Source: a virus. From it: DNA of 64,000 nucleotides. The number at the start of each line of letters is the position of its first letter. The first letter of the stretch is position 1. The position numbers and the translations under genes were made by a program. The notes under the pieces are model-generated. The model made no database searches. It was not told the DNA's origin and worked only from the letters and a program-made list of their open reading frames with translations. Location: IMG/VR virus record IMGVR_UViG_3300021185_003351, positions 108,974 to 172,973 of that record; one strand, 5' to 3'. Of this stretch, positions 29,553 to 39,450 are shown piece after piece.

Positions 29553-32500
29553 GTATTTATTAATTACTCTATTTAGTCTTATTGTATACAATAGTAATGC
29601 CCAAAATTTAACATTCGGTTGCACAGATCCAGCTGCAGCTAATTATGATCCAAATGCAGACCAACCATTAGAAGGATTAGTTGAAGCATCATCATGTAAT
29701 TTTGTTTGGTTCCAAAATTATGTAGGAATCAATGAAGCATTTTATAATGATTACAGTAGCGAATTTGCAGTTGGTACTAAAATTACATTTGCTGGACAAG
29801 AATATTGGATAGATGCTGTAGCATTTCATAGCAATTGTAATGCTGGAGTAGCGTTAGTATATGTTGCTAATTCTCCTGGCCAAGCAGATGGCAATGAATG
29901 GACTATAGGTGGAATGCTTAACGGTCCTATCTTTTCAGGATCTCCATGGAGCATAACAGAATGTTTTTATAATCCTGGCTGTATGGATGATGATTATATA
30001 GAATATGATCCAAATGCAGATTGGGATGATGGTAGTTGTCAAACTTTAAAAGTATTCGGATGTACAAATCCTAATTCTATTAATTATAATCCTTGGGCTA
30101 ATACTGATGACGGTTCTTGTATAGCTGATTTAAATTGTGGATTTGATTCAATAGAAATTAAAGTAACAATAAAAGTAGATAATTGGCCCGGCGAAACTAG
30201 TTGGTATTTACAACATACCAATCCAACTCAAAATTTAACAGATACAGTTTTTTATGCTCAAAGAGGAACTTATGGTTGGGGACAACAAGGACAAACAATT
30301 GTAACTAAATTTTGCGCTCCAGCTGGTCCAAATCATTTATTACAATTTGTATTGCAAGATTCATATGGTGATGGTATAAGAGGTTCTCAACCACCAACTA
30401 ATAGTGGATTTTGTTTAGTTGAAAATATGTCTTGTCCGGATACTATATTTTATATGTCTGAAGGAGATGCCGATTTTGGTTATATAACTACTAGTGACCC
30501 AAATTATTGGAGTCAAAGAGAACAATATTGCGGTGGACCTCTAATAGACGGATGCACAGATCCATCATATCAAGAATATGATTCATTAGCAACAAATAAT
30601 GATGGCAGTTGTCAAAATCTTCATGTATATGGTTGTATGGATACGTCGGCAATTAATTACAATCCTAATCATACTGCGTGGGATAATATTGAAACATGCG
30701 AATATAGAATTATATTAGAAGACGATGGTGGAGATGGTTGGGGAGAAAGCTTTGTTGGAATTAAACAAGGAGATTCTTTATGGGACTTTAGATTAGGTCC
30801 TGGTACATATGTAGATACATTTTATTTACATTTTATAGTAGAAGATAATCCAAGCCTACAAGAAGAAGTTGAACTGTATTATTTTGAGATAGGTGACGGT
30901 CAACAAAATTCTCAACAAATAGATATTCAAACAATACAGAACTCAGTTAAAATAGAAAATGATTATGGTATTTTAATACATGAAGGAAATTTTCCATGGG
31001 CTAATGGCAATAAGCTCAAAAAGTTTAATACTGTAGCAGATGTTTATACCGCAATACCATTTTGTGGGTATGTATGTACTCCTAAGATATATGGTTGTAT
31101 GGACTCAACATCATTAAATTATAATCCAGACGCCAATGTTGATAATGGTACCTGTATTCCTATTATATATGGATGTACTAATCCATTAGCATTTAATTAT
31201 GATTCAACTGCAACAATAGATGATGGAAGTTGTGTTGCCGTAGTAAATGGGTGCATGGATCCAAATGCATGGAACTATAATTCAAATGCTAACACAGATG
31301 ATGGAAGCTGTATTTATCTAGGATGTACAGATGTAACTGCTTGTAACTATGATTCAATAGCAAATGTTGATAATGGTGGTTGTATGTACCCTGCTCAATA
31401 TTATGATTGCAATTACGTTTGTTTAGAAGACACAGATGGAGATGGTATTTGCGATTCATTAGAGATACCAGGATGTATGAATCCACTTTCAATAAATTAT
31501 AATCCTAATGCAACTGATGACGATGGTTCATGTATACCTTATATATATGGTTGTACCGACTCAACCGCATTTAATTATAATCCATTGGCAAACACAGATG
31601 ATGGTAGCTGTATTCCTATTGTAACGGGGTGTACAGACCCTACCATGTTCAATTATGATCCAAATGCTAACACAGATAATGGTAGTTGTATACCTATTGT
31701 ATACGGTTGCACAGACCCAACATCATTTAATTATAATCCTAATGCTAACACAGATAATGGATCTTGCGTTCCATATATTTACGGCTGTATGGATTCAACT
31801 TCATTGAACTATGATCCAAATGCAAATGTTGATAACGGAACTTGTATACCATTTATTTATGGTTGTATGGATAATACAATGTTTAATTATGATTCAACTG
31901 CAACTGTTGATAATGGCTCATGTATACCATTTATTTATGGTTGTACTGATTCGACAGCATTTAACTATGATCCTTTAGCTAATACCGATAATGGAACTTG
32001 TATTCCTGTAATATATGGTTGTACAGATCCAAGTGCATTTAATTATAATCCTTTAGCTAATACAGAAGATTTTAGTTGTATACCTGTAATATATGGTTGT
32101 ACAGATTCATTAGCTGTAAATTATGATCCTGCAGCAAATGTAGATAATGGTTCTTGTATAACTGCAGTTCCTGGTTGTACAGATCCAAATGCTTATAATT
32201 ATAATCCTAATGCAAACGTTCCTGACTCAGCTTCATGTTTATATGATGCCGGTTGTATTACCGGACCAGGTAATCCATATTGGTTAAATGATGATTGCTA
32301 TGCTTGGGTCATTAATATAGATCCTTATTGTTGTACGGTAGGATGGGATGCGAATTGTCAAAACACATATGACTATTGTGCTGCTAATAGTGGATGGGTT
32401 GGTATTGAAGATTTGGTATATGATGGAGCAGTAGCAATTTATCCAAATCCAACCACCGGAGAAATAAATATAGCAAGTTCAAGATTTAAAAATATTATTG

Positions 32501-32646
32501 TAACTATATATTCAGTTTCCGGTCAGATAGTTGTTAATGAAACAAATGATAATGTTATTGATATAAGTCACTTAGAAGATGGAGTTTATTTTATGAACGT
32601 GAAAGTAGGGGAATTAACTTATATTAGAAAGGTAATCAAACAATGA
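29530..32646 (+). CDS. Secreted Cys/Asp-rich repeat protein with a T9SS type-A C-terminal sorting domain
   Basis: Signal peptide ...SNA|Q; 19 GC(T/M)(D/N)..NY....DGSC repeats; C-terminal IYPNPTTG...IYSVSGQ...LEDGVYFMNV...RKVIKQ. Confidence 0.9.
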   Translation: MMIMKIFKYLLITLFSLIVYNSNAQNLTFGCTDPAAANYDPNADQPLEGLVEASSCNFVWFQNYVGINEAFYNDYSSEFAVGTKITFAGQEYWIDAVAFHSNCNAGVALVYVANSPGQADGNEWTIGGMLNGPIFSGSPWSITECFYNPGCMDDDYIEYDPNADWDDGSCQTLKVFGCTNPNSINYNPWANTDDGSCIADLNCGFDSIEIKVTIKVDNWPGETSWYLQHTNPTQNLTDTVFYAQRGTYGWGQQGQTIVTKFCAPAGPNHLLQFVLQDSYGDGIRGSQPPTNSGFCLVENMSCPDTIFYMSEGDADFGYITTSDPNYWSQREQYCGGPLIDGCTDPSYQEYDSLATNNDGSCQNLHVYGCMDTSAINYNPNHTAWDNIETCEYRIILEDDGGDGWGESFVGIKQGDSLWDFRLGPGTYVDTFYLHFIVEDNPSLQEEVELYYFEIGDGQQNSQQIDIQTIQNSVKIENDYGILIHEGNFPWANGNKLKKFNTVADVYTAIPFCGYVCTPKIYGCMDSTSLNYNPDANVDNGTCIPIIYGCTNPLAFNYDSTATIDDGSCVAVVNGCMDPNAWNYNSNANTDDGSCIYLGCTDVTACNYDSIANVDNGGCMYPAQYYDCNYVCLEDTDGDGICDSLEIPGCMNPLSINYNPNATDDDGSCIPYIYGCTDSTAFNYNPLANTDDGSCIPIVTGCTDPTMFNYDPNANTDNGSCIPIVYGCTDPTSFNYNPNANTDNGSCVPYIYGCMDSTSLNYDPNANVDNGTCIPFIYGCMDNTMFNYDSTATVDNGSCIPFIYGCTDSTAFNYDPLANTDNGTCIPVIYGCTDPSAFNYNPLANTEDFSCIPVIYGCTDSLAVNYDPAANVDNGSCITAVPGCTDPNAYNYNPNANVPDSASCLYDAGCITGPGNPYWLNDDCYAWVINIDPYCCTVGWDANCQNTYDYCAANSGWVGIEDLVYDGAVAIYPNPTTGEINIASSRFKNIIVTIYSVSGQIVVNETNDNVIDISHLEDGVYFMNVKVGELTYIRKVIKQ
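31090..32238 (+). repeat. Tandem ~78-bp (26-aa) coding repeats GCTD..AFNY.P.ANTD.GSCIP.IY
   Basis: 14 of the 19 repeats lie in this block; nucleotide-degenerate. Confidence 0.9.
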
Positions 32647-33767
32647 TTAGACATTTATTATTAATATTAACTTTAGTACCAACTATTTTATTTAGCCAAT
32701 TCACAGTAACTACTAGTACTAAATCTTGGGATAAAGAAAAAGAAAAATGGAAGCCGTTTGAAGACTTTGACAAAAAATTTAAGAAGGCAATTAAATTTGC
32801 TACTTTCTATGGCGCATTTAATGGTAACAATAGTATTGCAGATGTAGACGTATTTTCAGTTAATACAGGACAATTAATTACTAAAACAAATGAAACTCCA
32901 TTTGATTATTCCATTGTAGCCGGCGTTAGAAAAATTGCAAGATTTGGATATGAAAATAGACAATCTGTATTTTATAATGGAACAGAACATTCGTATGCAG
33001 ATGCAGCTACAATAGGTAAGGTATCTGGATTTGAATTTTTATTTGAAGTAGATTGGAAGCGAAGATTTGGAAATACCTTTTTAGATCAACAGCATTTTTT
33101 AAGATATGTAGCTGATCAATGGATTATAAAAGTAGAATATATGCAGCAAGGTTTTGCTGATATAAAATATTTTGAGTCTTCACAAAGATATAGACAAAAA
33201 GTTGGAGATAAATTTTCTTGGAATATAGGTATAGTTCAAAGAATTTCAGAACCATATGGATATAATCCATTAGAAGAATTTATATTACCAAATGGTAGTT
33301 TACATTACACTTCATTAGCATTACAAGAAGGATATAATGTAGATTTTTTACCTGGAGGCGAAATAAATTATTTGAATCCAGAAGGAGAAGTAGTTGCAGA
33401 TAATAGTATAATTTGGGAAGAAGTAGTTATACCTCAAGTATTATCTGATTATGTGGAAAGAAAGAAAAATGAAATACCACAACAATGGAATCATTCGTTG
33501 GTAATGGGATATGATTTTTATCATTATACTAAAACATTTTGGATACATTCTTGGGCAAGTGTAATGCCATTTCATTTAGAAACAGGTACTTATGCTTATC
33601 ATAAATTTATAGCACCTAAGCAAACATGGATAGACTTTGGTGGAGGATTCATTCTAGGAAATAGGATAAACAAACATTTAGGTATATTTATAGAGGGCAA
33701 GTATAACAAGTATTGGAATAGAAGATGGCATGATTTTAGTGTGGGATTGAATTACATAATTTTTTGA
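32643..33767 (+). CDS. Putative outer-membrane beta-barrel protein
   Basis: Signal peptide ...LFS|Q; amphipathic aromatic strands; C-terminal DFSVGLNYIIF BAM-type signal. Confidence 0.65.
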   Translation: MIRHLLLILTLVPTILFSQFTVTTSTKSWDKEKEKWKPFEDFDKKFKKAIKFATFYGAFNGNNSIADVDVFSVNTGQLITKTNETPFDYSIVAGVRKIARFGYENRQSVFYNGTEHSYADAATIGKVSGFEFLFEVDWKRRFGNTFLDQQHFLRYVADQWIIKVEYMQQGFADIKYFESSQRYRQKVGDKFSWNIGIVQRISEPYGYNPLEEFILPNGSLHYTSLALQEGYNVDFLPGGEINYLNPEGEVVADNSIIWEEVVIPQVLSDYVERKKNEIPQQWNHSLVMGYDFYHYTKTFWIHSWASVMPFHLETGTYAYHKFIAPKQTWIDFGGGFILGNRINKHLGIFIEGKYNKYWNRRWHDFSVGLNYIIF

Positions 33768-34072
33768 GAGATAAAATGGCAACAGAATTAAATGAAGACA
33801 CAGGTTTTAGAATAAGTATAAAAAGCTTAGTTGGAATAGGTGCCGGAATGGCAACAATTATTAGTATGTGGTTTGTATTACAAGCAGATATAGCAGAAGC
33901 AAAAGAGTTACCAGCACCTTTACCACCAGATGTTACTAGAATGGAATTTGATATGAAGGATCAATTGATTCGTCAAACAATTATGACTACACAAAAAGAT
34001 GTAGAAGAAGTAAAAGAAGATATGAAAAGAATTGAGGAAAAGTTAGATAAGTTGATTGAAAAAAGGAGATAA
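33764..34072 (+). CDS. Single-TM protein with C-terminal coiled coil (start may be ATG 33776)
   Basis: Hydrophobic helix, Pro linker, heptad tail. Confidence 0.65.
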   Translation: MRDKMATELNEDTGFRISIKSLVGIGAGMATIISMWFVLQADIAEAKELPAPLPPDVTRMEFDMKDQLIRQTIMTTQKDVEEVKEDMKRIEEKLDKLIEKRR

Positions 34073-34074
34073 TC

Positions 34075-34401
34075 ATGAAAATGTTTTTAACAATAATAGG
34101 GTTATTTGTATCAACACTATGTTTTTCACAAATACAAGTTATACAATTTAATGCAAATTGGAATAATGCTAATTCAGTAACTTGGTTAAATAAATTATCA
34201 GATTGTAAGACAGGTCAAGTAGACATTGTAACTGATAAAGCATCACAAGCAAAATATAAAATAATAGTAGTTCCGACCATAATAGTTTTCAACCAAGGCG
34301 AAGAAATAAAAAGATATCAAGCAAATATCATGATGCAAATAGACGCCAAGTTAGAAGATATTCAAACAGTTGTAGATGAAACGGTAATGGAATCTTTCTA
34401 A
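34075..34401 (+). CDS. Secreted thioredoxin-fold protein lacking CxxC
   Basis: Signal peptide ...CFS|Q; FNANWN replaces WCxxC; VPTIIVFNQGEEIKR. Confidence 0.7.
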   Translation: MKMFLTIIGLFVSTLCFSQIQVIQFNANWNNANSVTWLNKLSDCKTGQVDIVTDKASQAKYKIIVVPTIIVFNQGEEIKRYQANIMMQIDAKLEDIQTVVDETVMESF

Positions 34402-34856
34402 TGTATGAATATAAATGCACAGTAAATAAAATAGTAGACGGAGATACGGTAGACGTAGATATAGATTTAGGATTTGGGATAGTACTAACTGACGAACGAG
34501 TTAGAATTATGGGAATCGATACTCCAGAATCAAGAACAAGAAATAAAATTGAAAAACTTTTTGGGTTAGCAGCAAAGAAACGATTAAAAGAACTTCTTTC
34601 AAAACATTGTGTTCTTAAAACAGAAATCAATAAAGACGGCGAAGATATGAAAGGAAAGTTTGGAAGAGTACTAGGAGATTTTGTAGCAGCAGATGGTAGA
34701 CTAGTAACTGACATAATGATAGAAGAAGGCCATGCAGTTGCATATCATGGGCAATCCAAAGATGACGTTCAAGTTGCACACTTAGAAAATAGAAAAAAAT
34801 TATTAGCAGAAGGTATTATACTTCAATCGGATATCAATAAAGTTTCAAAAAAATAG
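34401..34856 (+). CDS. Thermonuclease (SNase-like)
   Basis: IVDGDTVD, RVRIMGIDTPESR, GKFGRVLG. Confidence 0.9.
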   Translation: MYEYKCTVNKIVDGDTVDVDIDLGFGIVLTDERVRIMGIDTPESRTRNKIEKLFGLAAKKRLKELLSKHCVLKTEINKDGEDMKGKFGRVLGDFVAADGRLVTDIMIEEGHAVAYHGQSKDDVQVAHLENRKKLLAEGIILQSDINKVSKK

Positions 34857-34882
34857 GATATCTGTATATTTTTTCATATAAT
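34854..34882 (+). promoter_or_regulatory. Class M promoter TAGGAT-N17-TATAAT
   Basis: Motif match. Confidence 0.65.
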
Positions 34883-34889
34883 ATAATAT

Positions 34890-35237
34890 ATGAATTATCG
34901 ACTAATAACATTTGCAATCATTTTATTTATAATAGGCCAAGGAATGGTTTGGATACAAGTTAATGGACCTCTAATATGGCCATGGGCTAAAAAATATAAA
35001 TTATTACTATTATTATTTGGAATTCCAATTACTTATTTGTTTATGGAAGCAACAAGATTTGCAGTAACTGGATTTGAAGGAATGTTTTGGCCCGGTAGAT
35101 TTGTATCATTTGTTTCCGGAATCATGATATTTACATTGTTTACATATATGTTTAAAGGAGAAGGCATAACATTGAAAACTGCAGTTTCGTTAACATTGGC
35201 ATCGTGTATAATATTAATACAGTTATTTTGGAAATAA
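34890..35237 (+). CDS. Four-TM membrane protein (SMR/DMT-like size)
   Basis: 115 aa with four hydrophobic helices. Confidence 0.65.
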   Translation: MNYRLITFAIILFIIGQGMVWIQVNGPLIWPWAKKYKLLLLLFGIPITYLFMEATRFAVTGFEGMFWPGRFVSFVSGIMIFTLFTYMFKGEGITLKTAVSLTLASCIILIQLFWK

Positions 35238-35271
35238 ACATATTTATATATAAAATAGCACTAGGAATTAT

Positions 35272-37815
35272 ATGAGTAATAAATCATATCTAAAAAAATT
35301 AGTTTTCGAAGAATATAAAAAACAATCTAAGAAATTGTATCTAGAAAAGTTAATATTAGAAGAATATCAGAAGATTATACAAGAACAAACAGATACAGAA
35401 AAATTATCTCGTAACACTTTAGAGTTATGGTGGAATAAGGAAAATTATGGCAAATTCGATCCACCGGTGGATGCTAAAGGAGAACAAGCAGAAGAAGGAT
35501 ATGATATTTTAATGAATGAGTTAAACGGAGAATGGCCAGCTTATCCAGGATCCCAATGGAAAAAACAACCTGGAATTAGAATTATTCTCGCAAAAGACTT
35601 AATTAAATATTTAGGATTGACCCCTAAAATAAAAAAACAATCAAAAGGATTTGAAGTTACTCCGGGAGAAAAAGATGCTCCTGCATTAAAAATAGAATCA
35701 AAAGATATTATATTCTATCCTAATGGTATATGTACTTTAGAGTCGACTGTAGAGGATATGACAACCCAAAATGAGGTGCATTGGTATATAAGTCCAGATG
35801 AAAATGGAAAGGAAGTAATTACAATAAATCTTTCTAGAAATCAAGAAGATAACAAAGTTGTAGGAGCTCTTTATAATCGTAGCGGAAATATTATATTAGA
35901 GAAGCCAGAAGAAATTTCATATAAAAATTATACATTTGATAAAGTACAATCCGGATTAGATTGGGCAGGAATGGCCCCGGTGATAGGAGCACCTATAGAT
36001 GTACTTAACACAATAGGATATATTTTTAGAGGGAAATACTATTCAGCTCTTTTCTCTGCGTTAGGTATAGTACCGTTTATTGGAGATTCTTTTAGTGCTT
36101 CAACTAAAGGATTAAAAAAGTTTATAAAAGCCACCGGATTAAGTAAAGCAAAATATAATAGATTAGCAAAAGATGCATTTTATGGAAATGTTGATTCAAT
36201 ACAAGAATTTTATGAGCTAATATCTAAAAGTAAAAAGACTCGTGAGGCCATAACTGGTGTTACTGGAATCTCTAGAAGAAAATTTCTACAAACAATTAAA
36301 AAATATACGGATCCAGTTGAAATATCATTAAAAGAAATAAAAGATTTATTAAAATCAGACAAGTTTTTTGTTCCAGATGCTATAGAAAATTCAGCTAGAA
36401 AAGCAGTTGATTTATTTGAAAAATTTCTTTTTAATAATAAAAAAGCTTTAGAAAATTTAGATGAATTATATGACGCACAATTAAAATTTAAAAAATTTAA
36501 AATTCGACCTAGTATAGAATTTCTAGACGCTACTAAAAAACTAGCAACAGGAAACATGAAGTATCTGCAGCAGATTATGAAAAAGTTACCAACTGCAGCT
36601 CAATTAATAGCTGGAATAAAAACTGGAGGATTATCTGCAGGTGCAGAAGCTGGTATTAGAGCAGTATTTAAAGGAGTATATAACCCTGAGAAAATAGCTA
36701 AATTAAGTAAATTATATAAAAGGGAAGTTTTTGGAAGACTTGCTAAAAATGATCAAGCAATAGAAGTAATAGGTAAACTATTACCATATGAAGCATTTAA
36801 AGGGATATTTCAACCAGAAGAATTAAGAAACATAGCAACAAAATATTATCAAAAAAATCCAAAAGCTTTACTCTCAGATTTTCCAAATGGTTATAAAGAA
36901 TTACAAGCAAGTATGAAAATTGAAAAAAATCTTCAAAAGCTTTTTTCAAGATCTGATTTTTGGAAGAATTCTGATCTAATAGATCAATTGAAAGACACTT
37001 TGTCCTCCGGTAAAAGTGGCACTGACAAATTATTGCAAATGGCTGCTGAAAGTAAGAATCCTGCATTACAGGTATTTTTTAATAATAAACAATGGCAATT
37101 TGAAAATATATTTAAAGGAAGTTTGGATTTTTTCTTTAATTTTGGTACTGAATATAAAACATTTTTATCAAATTATGTAAAGCTTCGAAAGAATTTCTTT
37201 GGTTGGAAAACCTTAGACATATGGTGGAATGAATTAACAGAATTAGCAGGACGTCTTAATCTAGGACGAGCAGAAACAGCAGATCCAGATTCTATAATTG
37301 TTCCTATTTTATTTGGCATGCTAGATATTACACAAGGTAAACCGCTCGGGACTACAAAAGATAAAATAGGTAGAAGTAGCAAACTATCTATTCAGATATC
37401 TGACATTCTAGATACGTGGTTTGAATTTTTTACAGGACGATTAAACACCATACCTGGATTTTCACAACTTGGAACATATATTTATGATTTTATATACAAA
37501 TATGGAATAAAACAACTAGTTGATGATCCAGATGGAGGAATTAAATTTAGACAATTTAAAATACCAAAAGAATCATACAACTATTTGTATAATGAAGCAA
37601 AAAATGCAAATCCAGGAAAACCTATTACAGTCGATGATATGATGAAAATTTTTGATTCTAAACATTGGACTAATATTCCACCTGAAATAAAACCACAATT
37701 TGAACCATTTAGAACAACTCTTCAAAAGGCTTTACAAGATCAACTTATTTATAATCCTCCTCCGGAGGAAGAATATGAAGATCAAAAAGATTCAATGAAA
37801 AATTATCAACGATAA
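35272..37815 (+). CDS. Large hypothetical protein with a pre-toxin-TG-like segment; putative virion protein
   Basis: LDWAGMAPVIGAPIDVLN...ALGIVPFIGD; N-terminal LKKLVFEEY/LEKLILEEY; class L motif at 35240. Confidence 0.65.
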   Translation: MSNKSYLKKLVFEEYKKQSKKLYLEKLILEEYQKIIQEQTDTEKLSRNTLELWWNKENYGKFDPPVDAKGEQAEEGYDILMNELNGEWPAYPGSQWKKQPGIRIILAKDLIKYLGLTPKIKKQSKGFEVTPGEKDAPALKIESKDIIFYPNGICTLESTVEDMTTQNEVHWYISPDENGKEVITINLSRNQEDNKVVGALYNRSGNIILEKPEEISYKNYTFDKVQSGLDWAGMAPVIGAPIDVLNTIGYIFRGKYYSALFSALGIVPFIGDSFSASTKGLKKFIKATGLSKAKYNRLAKDAFYGNVDSIQEFYELISKSKKTREAITGVTGISRRKFLQTIKKYTDPVEISLKEIKDLLKSDKFFVPDAIENSARKAVDLFEKFLFNNKKALENLDELYDAQLKFKKFKIRPSIEFLDATKKLATGNMKYLQQIMKKLPTAAQLIAGIKTGGLSAGAEAGIRAVFKGVYNPEKIAKLSKLYKREVFGRLAKNDQAIEVIGKLLPYEAFKGIFQPEELRNIATKYYQKNPKALLSDFPNGYKELQASMKIEKNLQKLFSRSDFWKNSDLIDQLKDTLSSGKSGTDKLLQMAAESKNPALQVFFNNKQWQFENIFKGSLDFFFNFGTEYKTFLSNYVKLRKNFFGWKTLDIWWNELTELAGRLNLGRAETADPDSIIVPILFGMLDITQGKPLGTTKDKIGRSSKLSIQISDILDTWFEFFTGRLNTIPGFSQLGTYIYDFIYKYGIKQLVDDPDGGIKFRQFKIPKESYNYLYNEAKNANPGKPITVDDMMKIFDSKHWTNIPPEIKPQFEPFRTTLQKALQDQLIYNPPPEEEYEDQKDSMKNYQR

Positions 37816-37823
37816 ATCATTTA

Positions 37824-38198
37824 ATGATTAAACTAAAAGACATACTAGAACAAGATTTTCCAGGACCATTTGGAAAGGAACATGATTATTCAGATTATGG
37901 AGGACCATGGGGTACAGGACATCATCATAAGACAGATTTCAAAAAAGGACCTGGTAAGAATCCAACTGATTCAATTAGCTCTGATAGAGGAGAAGAAGAA
38001 AAGGAAGATGATGATGAAACCGGATATAAAGCAGAAAATTTTGCAGACGGAAAAAATCCAGGCAGAAAAGGATTATCACAAAGAGTTGGAATACCAAAAA
38101 ATGCTACTATAGCTCAATTAGAAAAAGCAGCGAAGGCAAAAGGTGAAAAGGGGAGATTAGCTCGATGGCAATTAAACATGAGACGAGGTAAAAAATGA
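37824..38198 (+). CDS. Hypothetical protein, MIKLKDILE N-terminus
   Basis: ENFADGKNPGRKGLS...ARWQLNMRRGK C-terminal module. Confidence 0.65.
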   Translation: MIKLKDILEQDFPGPFGKEHDYSDYGGPWGTGHHHKTDFKKGPGKNPTDSISSDRGEEEKEDDDETGYKAENFADGKNPGRKGLSQRVGIPKNATIAQLEKAAKAKGEKGRLARWQLNMRRGKK

Positions 38199-38821
38199 TA
38201 TTATCAAAAAATAAATTAACTTCAACTGCTACATATACCAATCAAACATATGATATTGATACATTATTAGATAGTGATAGTGTGAATTTATTTGATCAAA
38301 ATGGATATCATTTAACTAAAGCTGAACAAGTATATCTACAACCTAATGGATATAATCCTATAGAACGTAGACATGAAGACTGTTTAAGATATGATTGGTT
38401 TATATGGGATAAACGAGACGGAGCTCATATCAACCATTCAGATTTATTTGAAAGAAAAGGATTTTCAGAATCCGCATTAGAACAATTACATAAGTATGCA
38501 AAACGAAATCCAATGCTATATAAATTAATTAAAATGAAACCTAAATGGGGAATTGATATATCAATTGATTATGTGTCTCCCGACGCAGTATTTGAAGTGT
38601 TTCATTATGAATGGGATTCATTTGAGTATAACGCTATTGAAGATAAAAAATTTCAAATTGAAGAATTTATATTATCAAAAGATTGGGACGATGTTGCAAA
38701 AACATTATGGAATAAAAAAGATGAATGGTATGATTTAGACTTTTTTGAACAAACAAAATGGAGAACAGATTATTTTAATTTGTCGCCAGAAAAATTTAAA
38801 AACGTTATTTGGACTAATTGA
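38195..38821 (+). CDS. Hypothetical protein
   Basis: 208 aa coupled ORF. Confidence 0.7.
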   Translation: MILSKNKLTSTATYTNQTYDIDTLLDSDSVNLFDQNGYHLTKAEQVYLQPNGYNPIERRHEDCLRYDWFIWDKRDGAHINHSDLFERKGFSESALEQLHKYAKRNPMLYKLIKMKPKWGIDISIDYVSPDAVFEVFHYEWDSFEYNAIEDKKFQIEEFILSKDWDDVAKTLWNKKDEWYDLDFFEQTKWRTDYFNLSPEKFKNVIWTN

Positions 38822-38833
38822 TATTTATATAAA

Positions 38834-39298
38834 ATGAATAAGTTAAAGAACATACTAAAAGATACTATATTAGAATCAAAAGATAGTTATAACACTCCAG
38901 CTGCAGTAGCTAAAGAAAAGTCAATTGGTAGTAAAAAAGTTAAACCAGAAGATGCAATAACAGATTTAGATTTAAATACATTAAATAGAAATCAAACCAT
39001 TAAAGAATATAGTTATGGACCATTAAATCCAGACGACAAAAAAGGATCTGAACCATTTTGGAAAGATAAAGCAGATTTATGGAATACGACTGTTGAAGCT
39101 GCAAAGGAGTCTAGATGTTCTAATTGTGGAGCATTTGATCAAAAAAAATCAACATTAGCTAAAATAGAAAAAGCTATAGGTTCCGATGGTAAAACAATTG
39201 TTAAAAATGCCAATATTGGATTCTGTGAGTTTTTCTGGTTTAAATGTGCAGGAGCAAGAAGTTGTGATGCATGGGTTGGAGGAGGCCCAATAAAATGA
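38834..39298 (+). CDS. Cys-rich hypothetical protein
   Basis: CSNCGAF...GFCEFFWFKCAGARSCDAW. Confidence 0.7.
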   Translation: MNKLKNILKDTILESKDSYNTPAAVAKEKSIGSKKVKPEDAITDLDLNTLNRNQTIKEYSYGPLNPDDKKGSEPFWKDKADLWNTTVEAAKESRCSNCGAFDQKKSTLAKIEKAIGSDGKTIVKNANIGFCEFFWFKCAGARSCDAWVGGGPIK

Positions 39299-39450
39299 AA
39301 TCTAGAGGTTTAGGCGACGATATAAAAAAAATTACATCTGCTACAAGATTAGATAAGTTAGCAGAACGAATTGCAGAACTTACAAATAGTGATTGTGGAT
39401 GTGATAGAAGACAAGAAAAATTAAATAAAATATTTCCTTATAAGAAATGA
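39295..39450 (+). CDS. Small protein MKSRGLGDD...DCGCDRRQEKLNKIFPYKK (51 aa), not in the ORF track
   Basis: ATGA overlaps at both ends. Confidence 0.7.
   Translation: MKSRGLGDDIKKITSATRLDKLAERIAELTNSDCGCDRRQEKLNKIFPYKK

Noticed and set aside
31090-32238. Tandem repeats as a CRISPR array or DGR template/variable pair
   Set aside because: In-frame coding repeats with synonymous divergence; no reverse transcriptase and no adenine-specific pattern noticed
13887-34856. Bacterial chromosomal LPS/capsule locus or host contamination
   Set aside because: No transport or polymerase genes; same strand, composition, gene overlaps and promoter motifs as the flanking phage genes
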